Positions 28,772 to 41,720 of a stretch of DNA of 64,000 bases are shown here, piece by piece (the stretch's first letter is position 1; every line of letters begins with the position of its first letter). This DNA comes from the human T2T-CHM13v2.0 reference genome, Homo sapiens. Made by a program: the position numbers and the translations under genes. The stretch lies in NCBI RefSeq assembly GCF_009914755.1, contig NC_060930.1; one strand, written 5' to 3'. Under the pieces are notes generated by a model. It saw only the letters and a program-made list of their open reading frames with translations. It was not told the origin of the DNA and did no database searches.

Positions 28772-29081
28772 TTTTTTTTGTTGTTGTTTGCTTGTTTTTT
28801 GAGATGGCGTCTTGCTCTGTCGCCCAGGCTAGAGACGGTGGCACAATCTCGACTTACTGCAACCTCCGCTTCTTGGGTTCAAGCGATTCTCCTGCCTCAA
28901 CCTCCTGAGTAGCTGGGATTACAGGTATGTGCCACCACGCCCAGCTAATTTTTGTATTTTTAGTAGAGATGGGGTTTTGCCATGTTGGCCAGGCTGCTCT
29001 TGAATTCCTGACTTCAGGTGATCCACCCACCTCGGCCTCCCAAAGTGCTAGGATTACAGGCATGAGGCACTGCGCCCGGCC
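28772..29081 (-). mobile_element. AluSx-like
   Basis: Full antisense dimer. Confidence 0.9.
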
Positions 29082-30717
29082 AAAGGATAATTGTTTAAAG
29101 CTTAGTGTAGCATTGCATCTCTGAGATAGGGCCATGTCCTGGGGGTGAGGTTGGGGTGTGAATCTTGTTATAGAGGTGGAATTATGTCCTCATCCCAGAG
29201 AAAAGCCCAGCGGAGGAAGAAAGCCCAGCACAGTACAGAAGCAAAGAGCTGTCTATGTGATGTGCATCTAGGCAGGTGGCACTCAGACAGACTCACATTT
29301 CTCCTAAGGAGTTTATTTCAAGATGGCAGGGACAGACTAGCATGATGTGGATGCAAGAGGAACAAAGGAAGCAGCACTTGAATATTTCAGGTTCACCCAA
29401 GAGCAATCCAGATAGCTGGCAAGTATGCAGATTCCTCATAGGTTGAACACAAGGACACACAAGAAAAACCTGAGACATGCCAATCAAAGACTAGATAGGA
29501 ATTCAGACCTTCCCCCTACTCAGGGATTTCAAAGAGAATGAGTTAAACAAGTGTTAGAAGGCCGAAAGAGCAAAAATGAGACACTGAGTCACCCAAATAC
29601 TCGTAATTGAAAAAGCAGCTACCATCCCCAGAAATGGGGAAACAAAAGTAAGGAAGTAAAGTTACGTGAATGTAGGAACTTTGAAGCAAGCACACCCCTA
29701 CCCATGGGTGTTGCTTGAACCTCTCTCTGAGAGAACCCACCTCAAGATTAATGCTGGCAGATTTTTTGAGAGGGTAGAGCGTCCTAATTCTGGGAGTGCA
29801 AAAGAAGCTGGAAGCTGGAGCCTTAACCTACCTCTTCTGCTGGAAGGATGATAGCAGGAACTGGAAATATGCTGGAACATCCTTTCCCCCCTTTCTTCCT
29901 TCCTTCCACTTCCCATCTGTGCCCCATTGCAGAACCAAATTAGAATCCAGCTTGCAAAGGGTTATGAGAAATGTAGTTGGCAGACTTCCAGGCCTAGCAT
30001 CACAAAATACAGAAGCCAGCATCAACAGATGAAGACCTAGGCCAGATGTTCCTCCATGTCTGGTGCTACATAAGCCCTCCCCATGAAACCCTGGGACACA
30101 TATGTAACCCAGGAAGACCCTGAGTGTACTGAGAGCTAATTTCTGCCACATTTCCAAATGAAGGCTCAAAAATAGAAATTAAGTCACATTATAGAAAATA
30201 AAGTGACATTTCTCATATAGCCAAATTGGCAGACACACCTACTACACAAGTAAATTATCTATTTCAGCTACTTCCCATTTGCATCATAATTTAATAAGAC
30301 CAAGACACTTAAGAAAAATTGAAATAACTAAATAAATCCCCATAAGAGTCAGAAGAAAAAAGTTTAATGTGGCCATGTTGGTTATTGCCAGTTAGAACCT
30401 ATTGTAAGTTTTCAAAGCTATTCTTTAATATTGCATTTCCTTAATTTTTTTATATCAAGAGCTATTTGGAAAACAGGCACAGAGGTATGATATAAATTTA
30501 TGTTTAGTCTTCCTTCCAAGTTGAGTCATGATGTCTTACTGTCAATAAAACCTAACTGTGGGTTTAAATATTGTCTTTTGTTTTCTCACCATCAGTGTTC
30601 TCCCTGGGCAACATAATGTTCTACCATAATTTCAATTACATGTCTTTTCTCATGGCAGAGACCAATTGTCATCTAACAAAGTCCAGTTTTCCTTTGTCCT
30701 GCCGTATATTCCCATAT

Positions 30718-30942
30718 GAGAGATTGGCAATTTTTTTAAAATAAAGGGCCCAATAGTAAATATTTTAGTCTATGCAGGCCATGTGGTCTCTGTTGCAACT
30801 ACTCAACTCTGCTGATGTAGCATGAAAGTAGCTATAGACAATATGTAAACAAACGGCCATGACTGTGTTCTGATAAATCATCATTTACAAAAGTAGGCAG
30901 CGGATTGGATTATTCCTGAGGGCCATAGTTTGCCAATCTCTG
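30718..30942. mobile_element. MER58A hAT MITE
   Basis: TIR-like agattggcaa...ttgccaatctctg; gtctctgttgcaactactcaactctgc. Confidence 0.8.
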
Positions 30943-31104
30943 ACCTAGACTAAACTTCTTGTTGTTTGCAGCCATGCGATTAAGTTATCTCCAGAGGAAG
31001 AGTGGGAGTGATACTTGCTACTTCCAGGATTTACCAGTAAAAATCAGTCATGCACTTTTCTCTGTGTTCTGTCCTCTTCTACATGAGTTATATGATAAAG
31101 TTCA

Positions 31105-31318
31105 GAGCAAGGATTCTCCACCTTGGCACTATTGATAAAGAATTATCTGGCACATTTGGGGCCAGATAATTCTTTATTATGAGAGCTATCTTGTGTGCTG
31201 CAGGATGTTTAGTAGATTTTTGGTTTCTATGCAGTAGACTTCAGTAGCATCCCTCACAATTATAAGGAGCCAAATTATCTCCAAACATTGCTAAATCACT
31301 CACAGTTGACAGCCACTG
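31105..31318. mobile_element. MER20
   Basis: ccttggcactattga...tggggccagataattcttt...caggatgtttag. Confidence 0.75.
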
Positions 31319-31800
31319 TTTTACAGATGGCAGAGACACAAGATAGAGAGTACCTGGATCCCGGAATGGCCACATGGAGAAGAAGCACACATTATTTTGA
31401 CCTAAACATATATTATTTTAAGCCACTGAAATTGGGATGAGGGAGGCTGGGAGGGTGTATTTACTACTGTAGCTTGCCTGTCTTGGCACAATGCTAATGA
31501 ATTATAAATCCATAATATTCTTCCGCACTCCAGATCCATGTTGTCCATTTTCAATGGTTATTATCATCTTATGAAAAATAGCATCTTCGAACTCAACACA
31601 CATTAAAATATGGAATCCTAATCAACCTCCCTCAACTAATTACACATCCCAAATTTTCTATGTTTGCTAAAGACAACTCCATACAGTTGCGCAAGACAGA
31701 AACTTGTGAACCATCTTAACTATCCTTATCTCTATCCTCTCTTACAGTTAATCACTAGATTCTGATAAATTAATATAAAAATATTATAATAAATTAACTT

Positions 31801-32139
<339 letters not shown>

Positions 32140-32624
32140 CTATCAGATAGCCAATCACTTAGTTCCGGGCACTAGCAACTCATGATTGCATTACTGCAAT
32201 AGCCTCCTAACTGGATTTTCTGCCTCCAGTCCTGCTTTTTATTCCATTCTCCTCACTGGAGAGATTCATTGTAAAAAGTAAATATGATTTGCACATCCCA
32301 AATAATCCTCTTCATGGCTTGCTATTGCCCTTATGACAAAGTCAAACTTCTATACAATTGACAATATATCATTCTGACTTGGCCTTGCTCTCTTCTCCAG
32401 TCCCTTTCAGCTTTATCTTGCTTCCCTGTTTCCCCCACATCATCCCCTCCCCACACACACAGTCCATTGTCTAGCCACATTAAGCTTCTTGGAATTCCTG
32501 AAACTCTTCACAATCTAAGAGTTTGCCAATATGGTTCTCTTAGCTTGGAACATTATATTCCACCATCACCATCCAGCTCCTACTTATGATTCAATCAGCA
32601 CAAAAGTCACCAATTCAATGCAGC

Positions 32625-33262
32625 TGTATTCATTTTCTACTGTTGCATAACATATTATCACAAGCTTAGTGGCCCAAATCAACATCCATTTATTAGTGCA
32701 CATTTCTATAGGTCACAAGCTCAGCTACGCTCAACTGCGTTCTCTGCTTAGATGCTCATAAGGCTAACTCAAGGTAGCAACCAGGATGGGATCCTTTCTG
32801 GAGGCTCTAGGGAAAAATCCACTTCCAGTCTCACTCAGATGGTTGGCAAAATCTATTTCCTTGGTTGTAAGACTAAGTACCTATTTCTTTGCTGGCTATA
32901 AGGGCTTGTTAGCAGCTCTGAGGGGCCACTCTCAGGCCTTTGTCACATAGTACCCTTTGTGTTCAAAGCCAGCAACAGTGCATCCAACCAACAAATATCT
33001 CTCTGACTTTCTATTCTTCTACCAGCCAGAGGGAAAAAAAAATCCCGGCTTTGAAAGGACTCATATGATAAGATTATGCCCACCCAGCTAATCTCTCTTT
33101 TGATTAACTTGAAGGCAACTGATTAATAGCCATAATTTTATTTGCAAAATGTTTATCATCTAAGGTAATATAATCACAAGTGTGATATCACATTATATTC
33201 CCAGTCCCAGGGATTCGGATAAGAAATCTTGGGAGTTCATGTTTACAATTTTGCCTTTTGCA
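32625..33262 (-). mobile_element. MaLR LTR (MLT1D/E-like)
   Basis: ggaggctctagggaaaaatcc, cacaagcttagtggc motifs. Confidence 0.65.
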
Positions 33263-33279
33263 GACAACTCTGATTTTCT

Positions 33280-33991
33280 TTTCTTTTTTTTTTTTAATTT
33301 TTATTTTTTATTATACTTTAAGTTTTAGGGTACCTGTGCACAATGTGCAGGTTTGTTACATATGTACACATGTGCCATGTTGGTGTGCTGCACTCATTAA
33401 CTCGTCATTTAACATTAGGTATTTCTCCTAATGTTATCCCTCCCCCCTCCCCCCACCCCACAACAGTCCCCGGTGTGTGATGTTCCCCTTACTGTGTCCA
33501 TGTGTTCTCGTTGTTCAATTCCCACCTATGAGTGAGAACATGCGGTGTTTGGTTTTTCGTCTTTGTGATAGTTTGTTGAGAATGATGGTTTCCAGCTTCA
33601 TCCATGTCCCTACAAAGGACATGAACTCATCCCACACCATTTAGAATGGCGATCATTAAAAAGTCAGGAAACAACAGATGTTGGAGAGGACGAGGAGAAA
33701 TAGGAACACTTTTACACTGTTGGTGGGACTGTAAACTAGTTCAACCATTGTGGAAGTCATTGTGGTGATTCCTCAGGGATCTAGAATTAAAAATACCATT
33801 TGACCCAGCCATCCCATTACTGGGTATATACCCAAAGGATTATAAATCATGCTGCTATAAAGTCACATGCACACGTATGTTTACTGTGACACTATTCACA
33901 ATAGCAAAGACTTGAAACCAACCCAAATGTCCAACAATGATAGACTGGATTAGGAAAATGTGGCACATATACACCATGGAATACTATGCAG
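33280..33991 (-). mobile_element. L1PA (L1PA4-like) with 5' inversion
   Basis: Antisense 3' end 33280-33631 joined to a sense-oriented segment 33632-33991; flanking direct repeat tgcagacaactctgattttct. Confidence 0.93.
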
Positions 33992-34009
33992 ACAACTCTG
34001 ATTTTCTAA

Positions 34010-34369
<360 letters not shown>

Positions 34370-36181
34370 CCACCATGTCATTTATTAAAGACATTTAAAA
34401 TAATCATTTGCCTTAGTATCTCTCCTATAAAGCAAATAATTCTCAGTCTTTACAACTATCAAATGAGGACAATTATAGCACTTACATCATTGGGTTGTCA
34501 TAAATATTAAATAAAATATTTCATGTAAAACAAGAATAATGCCTGAAACATAGTGAGGGCCCAATCAATGTTAGCTGTTAATATTATAATAAATGGTGGA
34601 ATCATTCCTGTTAAATGTCATTAGGATTTAAAGAGAAAATCATGTATTAATATCTTGCCTATGGTTGCATTCTCAACCACTAGCCCAAGTATCTACCTGG
34701 CACATGGTTGTCACATGTTCATTCATTTGTCATAAATGATGGGAAAATGAAGGAATGGAATATATAATTCAAGGACTAGCCCAAGGTATGTAGAGAAAAT
34801 ATGTATGATTACCTGGGAGAAATAAAAGCAAGCATAAATTATTGGACACCCTAGAAGTGTTTTCAGATACACAGTGTCACAATGACAGGTATAAAATATC
34901 TCGTGTATTAACACAGAAAGTCAGTATCAAGCTCAGTCTCCAATGTATAAGTTCTACAGGTAAATTGTTAAAAATCAAGATTTAGATAAAATAGTAATGG
35001 AAAATAAAACTGATGGCTATTGTCTCATCTACAGCAAAGCATTCTTTGTTTAAATTATTAGATCCTCAAATACCATCATTATATCCTGAAAAGGATATAA
35101 ATATGTTTATTGTTTCCATTATTTATTGGAGCCTACTTACCAGTACAGTCAAGATGTTTTGTTTGTTTGTTTGTTTTTTCCTGGGAGTAGTGGAGGGGAT
35201 AAGGAAAAGCTGCATTTCCTTTCTGGCTTTATAAATGTTTACCCTAATTAATTAGCTTCCATTTTACAGTGGTTCACTTCCATTTTATAGGTTTTTGTTT
35301 TCTTAATGAATGACAGAATTCCACTGGAAATTATGGTCTTTTATCCTAGAGGTTAGAAAGCTATAATGACTCTGCAACAAGATATTATTGTAATGGTTCT
35401 GTTGAAGGGGTTTTGGAGAAGATTGCTTATGACTTCCTTAGATCATGAGGAAAAGCAGTACTATGCTAAGAGCACACTGCTCATAAGTTTCTCCCCTATT
35501 GTCTGGCTAAATCTATCCAGTATGAATACATGAATTTAATTGTTACGGAGACATGTATCTCCTCGAACACATAATAATAACTTCAGAAATTCCAGATTTC
35601 TTCACAAATTGATCAAAGCTAAAATTCTAACCATCAGTAACCCATCATATTTAGTCAACAAAGACCTTTTTGAATCTGGAACTTTTTGAAAAAATTATCT
35701 TGTCATTATCAAAATGGAATCAAATTAAAATCATTAATTTATTTACTCAACAAATATATATTAAGAACTTACTATGTGCCAGTCAATACATTAGATGCAT
35801 AATAGAAGGTGCTGAGTAAGTTCAGCATTCAAACTTTAAATGTTATTCAATCTTTTGTTGTCATTAGTCTTGTTTATTTAAGACTCAAATTAATTTGAGG
35901 TCTTAGATCTGAGAGCATCTGTTCATTTCCAGTGGCTACAAATAGCAATTCTCATTCTGTACTTATTTTTGAGCAAGCCCTTTATCACAGACTAGAAATA
36001 TTTTATGCTAGTAGGTATTCATTTATGCCCCTAGATCTTTTTAAACGTAAGATTTAAGACAGCTTCTAGGAACTTATAAAAATAATGAAATACCATAAAT
36101 TAGAAATAGCTGAAAAAGACTAAGGAAAATTAATGGCAGGGCAATAAAATGGAGCCAAAAATGAGCCTAATAAAAAATAAA

Positions 36182-36359
36182 AGCCAGATGCAGTGGTGTG
36201 AGCCTGTAGTCCCAGTTACCTGGGAGGCCGAGGCGGGAGGATTGCTTGAGCCCAGGAGTTTGAGGCTGTAGTGTGCTATGATCACACCTGTGAATTGCCA
36301 CCACACTACAGCCTGGGCAACATAGGAAGACTTCAACTCTAAAAGAAACAAAAAAAAAT
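36182..36359 (+). mobile_element. FAM (fossil Alu monomer)
   Basis: Monomer retaining the 7SL-type segment cacacctgtgaattgccac, A tail. Confidence 0.75.
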
Positions 36360-36574
36360 AGAGATATGACTATTTTCTACAGGCATGTAACAAATTTGAC
36401 TATGAGCATCCCAACAGCCATTGCAAAATGGAAAAGTTGACCATTTATTCCATTCACAGTGTTTGTGCTGAACCAAACCAAAACAATTGTTCAGCACAAC
36501 TATTTCTGATACATAATTGGGAAAAAAAGTGTTTCGAAAGAGTATCTGGAAAACCCATCAACAATATCCTTTCT

Positions 36575-36790
36575 GCAGATTAGTTTCTCAACCTTGGAAC
36601 CATTGACATTTTGACTAGAGGGAGTCTGTCCCATGGGAGGCTGTCCCATGCATTGTAGGAGGTTTAGCAGCATACTTGGCCTCTACCCACTGGATGACAA
36701 TAGCACTCCTCCTCCAGCTGTAACAACCAAAAACATCTCCAGACATTGCCAAATGTCCCCTGAGAGCCAAAATTCCACATCCCCCGACCC
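36575..36790. mobile_element. MER20
   Basis: tttctcaaccttgg..ccattgacatttt...ctccagacattgccaaatgtcccct. Confidence 0.85.
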
Positions 36791-37074
36791 CCATGCCTTG
36801 CCTTTTAAGGGCCAGTGCAGTAGATCCAACAAGGAGAAAGACTGTTTCTTAGACAAAAGGCATTAATGTCAAAATACAATTCAGTAAAAACAAGAGCCTT
36901 TTTGGTCAGAACAACAGTCCAGTTCTTCAGCTTTCTACAGGCTTGGGTTAATGCAAGGTTGTATTTAGAGAAACTAATATCCACCCATCAGGGCTTCTAA
37001 GGCTGTTACTCTCAGTTGAACCTCTGATACATACCAGGTTGCTCTGATTTCATGATTGTCCTTCTAAGTAAATA

Positions 37075-37486
37075 TTGTCCCATGTTACACTTTTTTTTTC
37101 CACCTTCCTTTACCCACACCCTCTGGTGGTACTCTTCTACACCAACTCTGAACTTAGCTATGTGACATTCTTTAGCAATGAGATAGTAACAGACAATACA
37201 AGCAGAGACTGGAAAAATCATTGCTCATCCCCCATCCCCATTACCTAGAGGACAAATCCAGACTAGCCTGCCAGAGGAGAAGGGATTTTGTGGAAAAGAG
37301 AAGAGTTCCCAGCCAACCTCTCAGACGACCACAGATGCATGAGCAAGTCTGACCAAGCACAGGAGAACTCAAACAAGATCAGCCAAACAGCCCAGCCAAC
37401 CCAGAGACTCAAAAATTATAAATGGTTGCTGTTTACATTCCTTACGTTTTGGGGTAGTTTGCTATCTAGAGATACGTAATTGACAA
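37075..37486 (+). mobile_element. MaLR LTR (MLT1H-like)
   Basis: atgtgacattctttagcaatg; ggggtagtttgctat...aattgaca end. Confidence 0.6.
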
Positions 37487-37733
37487 GTGCCAATTTAAAA
37501 CTGCTGTGCTGGAAATAGGTTGACATCCTCTTAGAAAAATTGAGGGGCCAATAAAGGACTTCTCACCTCTTCTATGAGTGAGCTGATGATATATCTGCTG
37601 GAAATACCCCATATAGTAGCCAAAGACACCAGACCAGTGACGAAAGTGGGTGGTGAAGGCTGTTTTATAATTTAACATAACAAGTATATCTGTAGGGTTT
37701 TGTAAAATAATTTTTGATGATAAAATATATGTT

Positions 37734-37908
37734 GGGCTGGGCACAGTGATTCATGCCTGTAATCCTAACACTTTGGGAGGCCGAGGAAGGAGAATTGCTT
37801 GAGTCCAGGAGTTTGAGACCAGCCTAGGCAACACATAGCAACACCCTATCTCTACAAAAAAGTTAACAAATTAACCGGGAGTGGTGACATGTACCTGTAG
37901 CCCCAGCT
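37734..37908 (+). mobile_element. AluJ, 3'-truncated, followed by (TAGA/TAGC)n and (TA)n
   Basis: Left arm plus start of right arm only. Confidence 0.8.
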
Positions 37909-37965
37909 GCATAGATAGATAGCTAGATAGGTAGATAGCTAGCTAGCTAGGCTTGAGCAAACAAA

Positions 37966-38000
<35 letters not shown>

Positions 38001-40356
38001 GGCTTGCGCAAACAAAATTTTCAGCCACGATTGAAAATACCAACACTCTCTTTTCACTGATTCAACAAATACATATGGAATTACTCGTCTGAGCACGGTG
38101 CTGGGTATGTGGTGCTGAACAAAATGGCCCCTGCATCCATGGAACCGGAGGGAGGGAGCAGCACTAGGGCCCACGTACAAGACTGATTAAAAGGAGAGCC
38201 TATGGTCAAGTTTCCTGGATCGTGACCTTGGCTTGCAACTGTCCTATGAGGTCCCACAGATATATGCTTTCAAATTGGGCATAATGTTAGGCAAATTACT
38301 CTTCATGCCTTGATTTTCTTATCTGTAAAATGAGGATGATAATACTAACAGTACTGCCTTCTAGGACTGTCGTGAGGCTTAACTGAATGTGTGCATGCAA
38401 ATTGCTTAACAGAGGGCCCAGCATGGAGAAAGCCATTTTGAGGGCAGTTTTGCAAAGAATTAGGAGTGAGGAACATGTTGGAGTTGGACTGTTTCAGTTA
38501 GAATTTAGGCTCAACCACTTTCCTAGCTCTGTACCCTGGAAAAGTTCCATAACCCCTCTAAAACTTAAGTGAAGTGGGACAAATGACATAGTGAGAATTA
38601 AAGGTGATAAACCCTGTAAAATACATAGCATATGCCTGATTCGCAGTAAATGCTCATTCAGTTATAATTTCATCAAAACTAACAAATGTACAAATTATGT
38701 TAAAAGCTTTTATGAAGAAAAATATGGCAGATATTTAACTTAGACATGGAGGGGCAGGGCAAACCCTCTCTAATTGAAGGGACAATGACCTGAGGGAGGA
38801 ATTAACCAGTCCAAGGGGAAAGGAAAGAGCATCCCCCAATGAAGGAACAGCATGCACTGTTCCTGAGGAGGCCCCTGAGAAGGGAGAGAGCTTGGGATTT
38901 GTAGAAACTGTCAGAGGTCAGTGAGATTGCCATGAAGGAGTGGGTGAGCCAGGAGTACAGGTGGAGAGGAGGCTGCGGAAGTGTCCAGGGCCATGTGGCC
39001 TCACTCTACATCCTGTATTTCATCATAAATACAATAAGCAGCGAGTGAGGAGTTTTAATCTAGAAAGTGATGAAATCCAATTTACCTGTCATTCTTGGAA
39101 GGCTCTTAATGTCTGTCCTTTGGCTCTCTTATCTCACACCTTTTTTCTTCCAATTTCCTTCTGGTTGCAGAATAGGTAGGCGATTTGGGGAGCTTGGAAA
39201 TAAATGTTTTAAAATCTTTTTAGGAAAACAGATATGTGCAAGTGGGACCAGGTGAAGAAGAAACAATTGCCCAGCCCTCAGAAATATAAACATCATTGGC
39301 ATCAGCAAAATGCCAACCCTGCCTTCTTTTAGAGGGGGTGAAAAAAGAGAAAAACTACTCCCATCTAAATCCTTGAGGTAAAAGTCATCTACATTTACAA
39401 TACAATTGTTTACCCAGAAAGTAAAGGACAAGAGATTTAACTTCTGCTCTTAGACTTAAGCCACTGTAATATATGGAAATTTGTTAAAATTGATATGTGA
39501 AGTTGAATGTTGCTTTGGATTGATCAATAACTTAAAACAAAATTAATCTTCCAAGTGTGATTTTTTAAAAAGATTTTATGCCTTGCCTTTAGAATTTCTA
39601 AAAAAAAAAAAAAATTCTAAACCATTGGTCTTGTCTGCTATCATATTTTGAAAATACTTTTATACACACAACCCCAAAAAGTGAGTGTTTGCTTATGTTT
39701 CATAAGTATAGCAGTTCTCATTTTAATAATTATGACTTATGGATTAAATATGTTATATGAAAAAATATTATAACATTAAATTTCAAATTAACTGGACTTC
39801 TAGAATTAAAAATAATAATTAAAATATTATATATACAATTGAAAGCCACTTAAAGGCCCTGGTAGGTAGCCATTTAAAAGGATCCCCACTCCTAAATATC
39901 TGTTAAGTTTGGCCAGAAAATTCTCCAAGACAGCTTCTGAAGCCTTAACAATTTTCAAAATTAAAAAAATTACAAAATGTTTAAGGAGAAATGTATTTGA
40001 CCATATTTTATTATACCTGATTCTTCTCTTTACATATAAACATATAAATTCAACATTAACAGAAAAGGCAGGCTTGAAGTTTACTGAAAGATGTATCAAA
40101 CTTCAAGCACTCATAAAAGTGAGTATATGGAACCCTCAATTATCATCCAATCTGAGAAAACGTCTGCAGACAGAATCAAGCTGCACAGATCTAATGCACT
40201 AAGGCCAACTGTTCACAAAATCTCACCTATGCAGACCCACTACAGGATACGTCCAGAACAAACGGTTTTTAATAAAAGAAACAGATGAATGTTCAGTCTT
40301 GTTTTGGCCGCATAATACTTTTGTAGCTTGTACTTTAACTAAAACAAAGGCAAATC

Positions 40357-40856
40357 TGTTAGGAGACAATTCTCCGTGGGTCTCTTGTGTTTCTACATGT
40401 ATTTTGCACTGACTATTTCTGTGCTGAACTGTCTTTTCAAAGATGTTTTTATTGTGTACCATCGCGGAAGATAGAGATAGTGTCTCCCTTTTGAGCAAAG
40501 GGCGGGATTGCTTATAGCCTTAGTAGGTAGAGATGATATCCCCCTCCAGAGCAGAGGATAGGCATGCTTCTGTTTATTACCCATTATAAAATATTCGTGT
40601 TCCATAAGTTCAGGTTTGCTCTCTTTTAACACAACCCACTGCATGTATAGGTGTCAACTGACCCTCTTCACATAGTTCTGTGAAAACTGGGAACTGGCAC
40701 AAAGGCTTACACTCTGGCTACTTCTGCTACCATGAGTAATAAAGCTGTTGGTCTCTGAACTACAAGTCTTGTGTCTTCTGTCAGCTTATGTGAAACTGTG
40801 GCAGGCTAACTTGTTAGTTTGCAAGTAGAATCTCAGCCCCTTCACATTTCTTGACA
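40357..40856 (+). mobile_element. ERVL solo LTR (LTR47-like)
   Basis: TGTT...GACA ends, AATAAA at 40738, 5-bp TSD-like aaatc/aaacc. Confidence 0.7.
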
Positions 40857-41199
40857 AAACCATTCCCTGAGGAATTCTCTGCTAATTCATGCCTTTAAAT
40901 AAATCTACATATATGGGAGGATTTAATCTATGTTCAATGATATATTCCTATCACCCAAAACAGTGCTGATGTGAAGTGTCACCAAAATATTGATAAATAA
41001 ATGAAAGAAATTAGAAGCATTATTTGGAAAATGCATGCATAATACAGGGGTTATGCCAAAAAATAAAATAAAATTTCTGGCATTCCAAAAGAAAGGGTTT
41101 ACAAACTAGAAAATGGTGCCCTGTATTAAAACATATTCTGAAAATATTTCTTAGAGCTTTAAGCAATTCCATTTGATGAATATTGGTTCCCAATGCTCA

Positions 41200-41720
41200 T
41201 GGGCCAAAATTTGAAAAGTTTAACAAGGCTTAGAGACCCTTTATTTGTTTTTGGCCTGCCAGCCTCTCCAGCCTTATCACCCACCAGACTCACTGAGGGC
41301 TCCTGGGCAGATCTGGATCATTTTTAGCAACTTGACAGGACAAGTCATGCCATCTAGGTCTTGCAAATACTCTTCTCTTTGCCTGGAATGCTCTTCACCC
41401 ACCTCCTTCCCCTCTCACACCTATGAATCCTTCAGGTCTTAGTTTACATACCAGATACTTTGGTAAGCATTCTCTGACATCCCTTACCACTTAATTACCA
41501 ACTAAAACTACCACCTAAACCAAGATTAGCTGTGATAAGAGCACACTCTTCTTCTACTACCTCTGCGTTATATTTGTTTACTTTTTTCACAGCACTTACC
41601 ACTATCTGAAATTATCTCATTTATTTGTTTAGTGATTTATTTCCTGTCTCCATGAGATTGGGGTACCTGACACGAAGTAGGTCATCAATAAATATATTAG
41701 TCAAATAAGTAAAGAATAAA
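41200..41720 (-). mobile_element. L2 3' end
   Basis: ctttgcctggaatgctctt; cacagcacttaccactatctgaaattat; gtaggtcatcaataaat. Confidence 0.7.
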
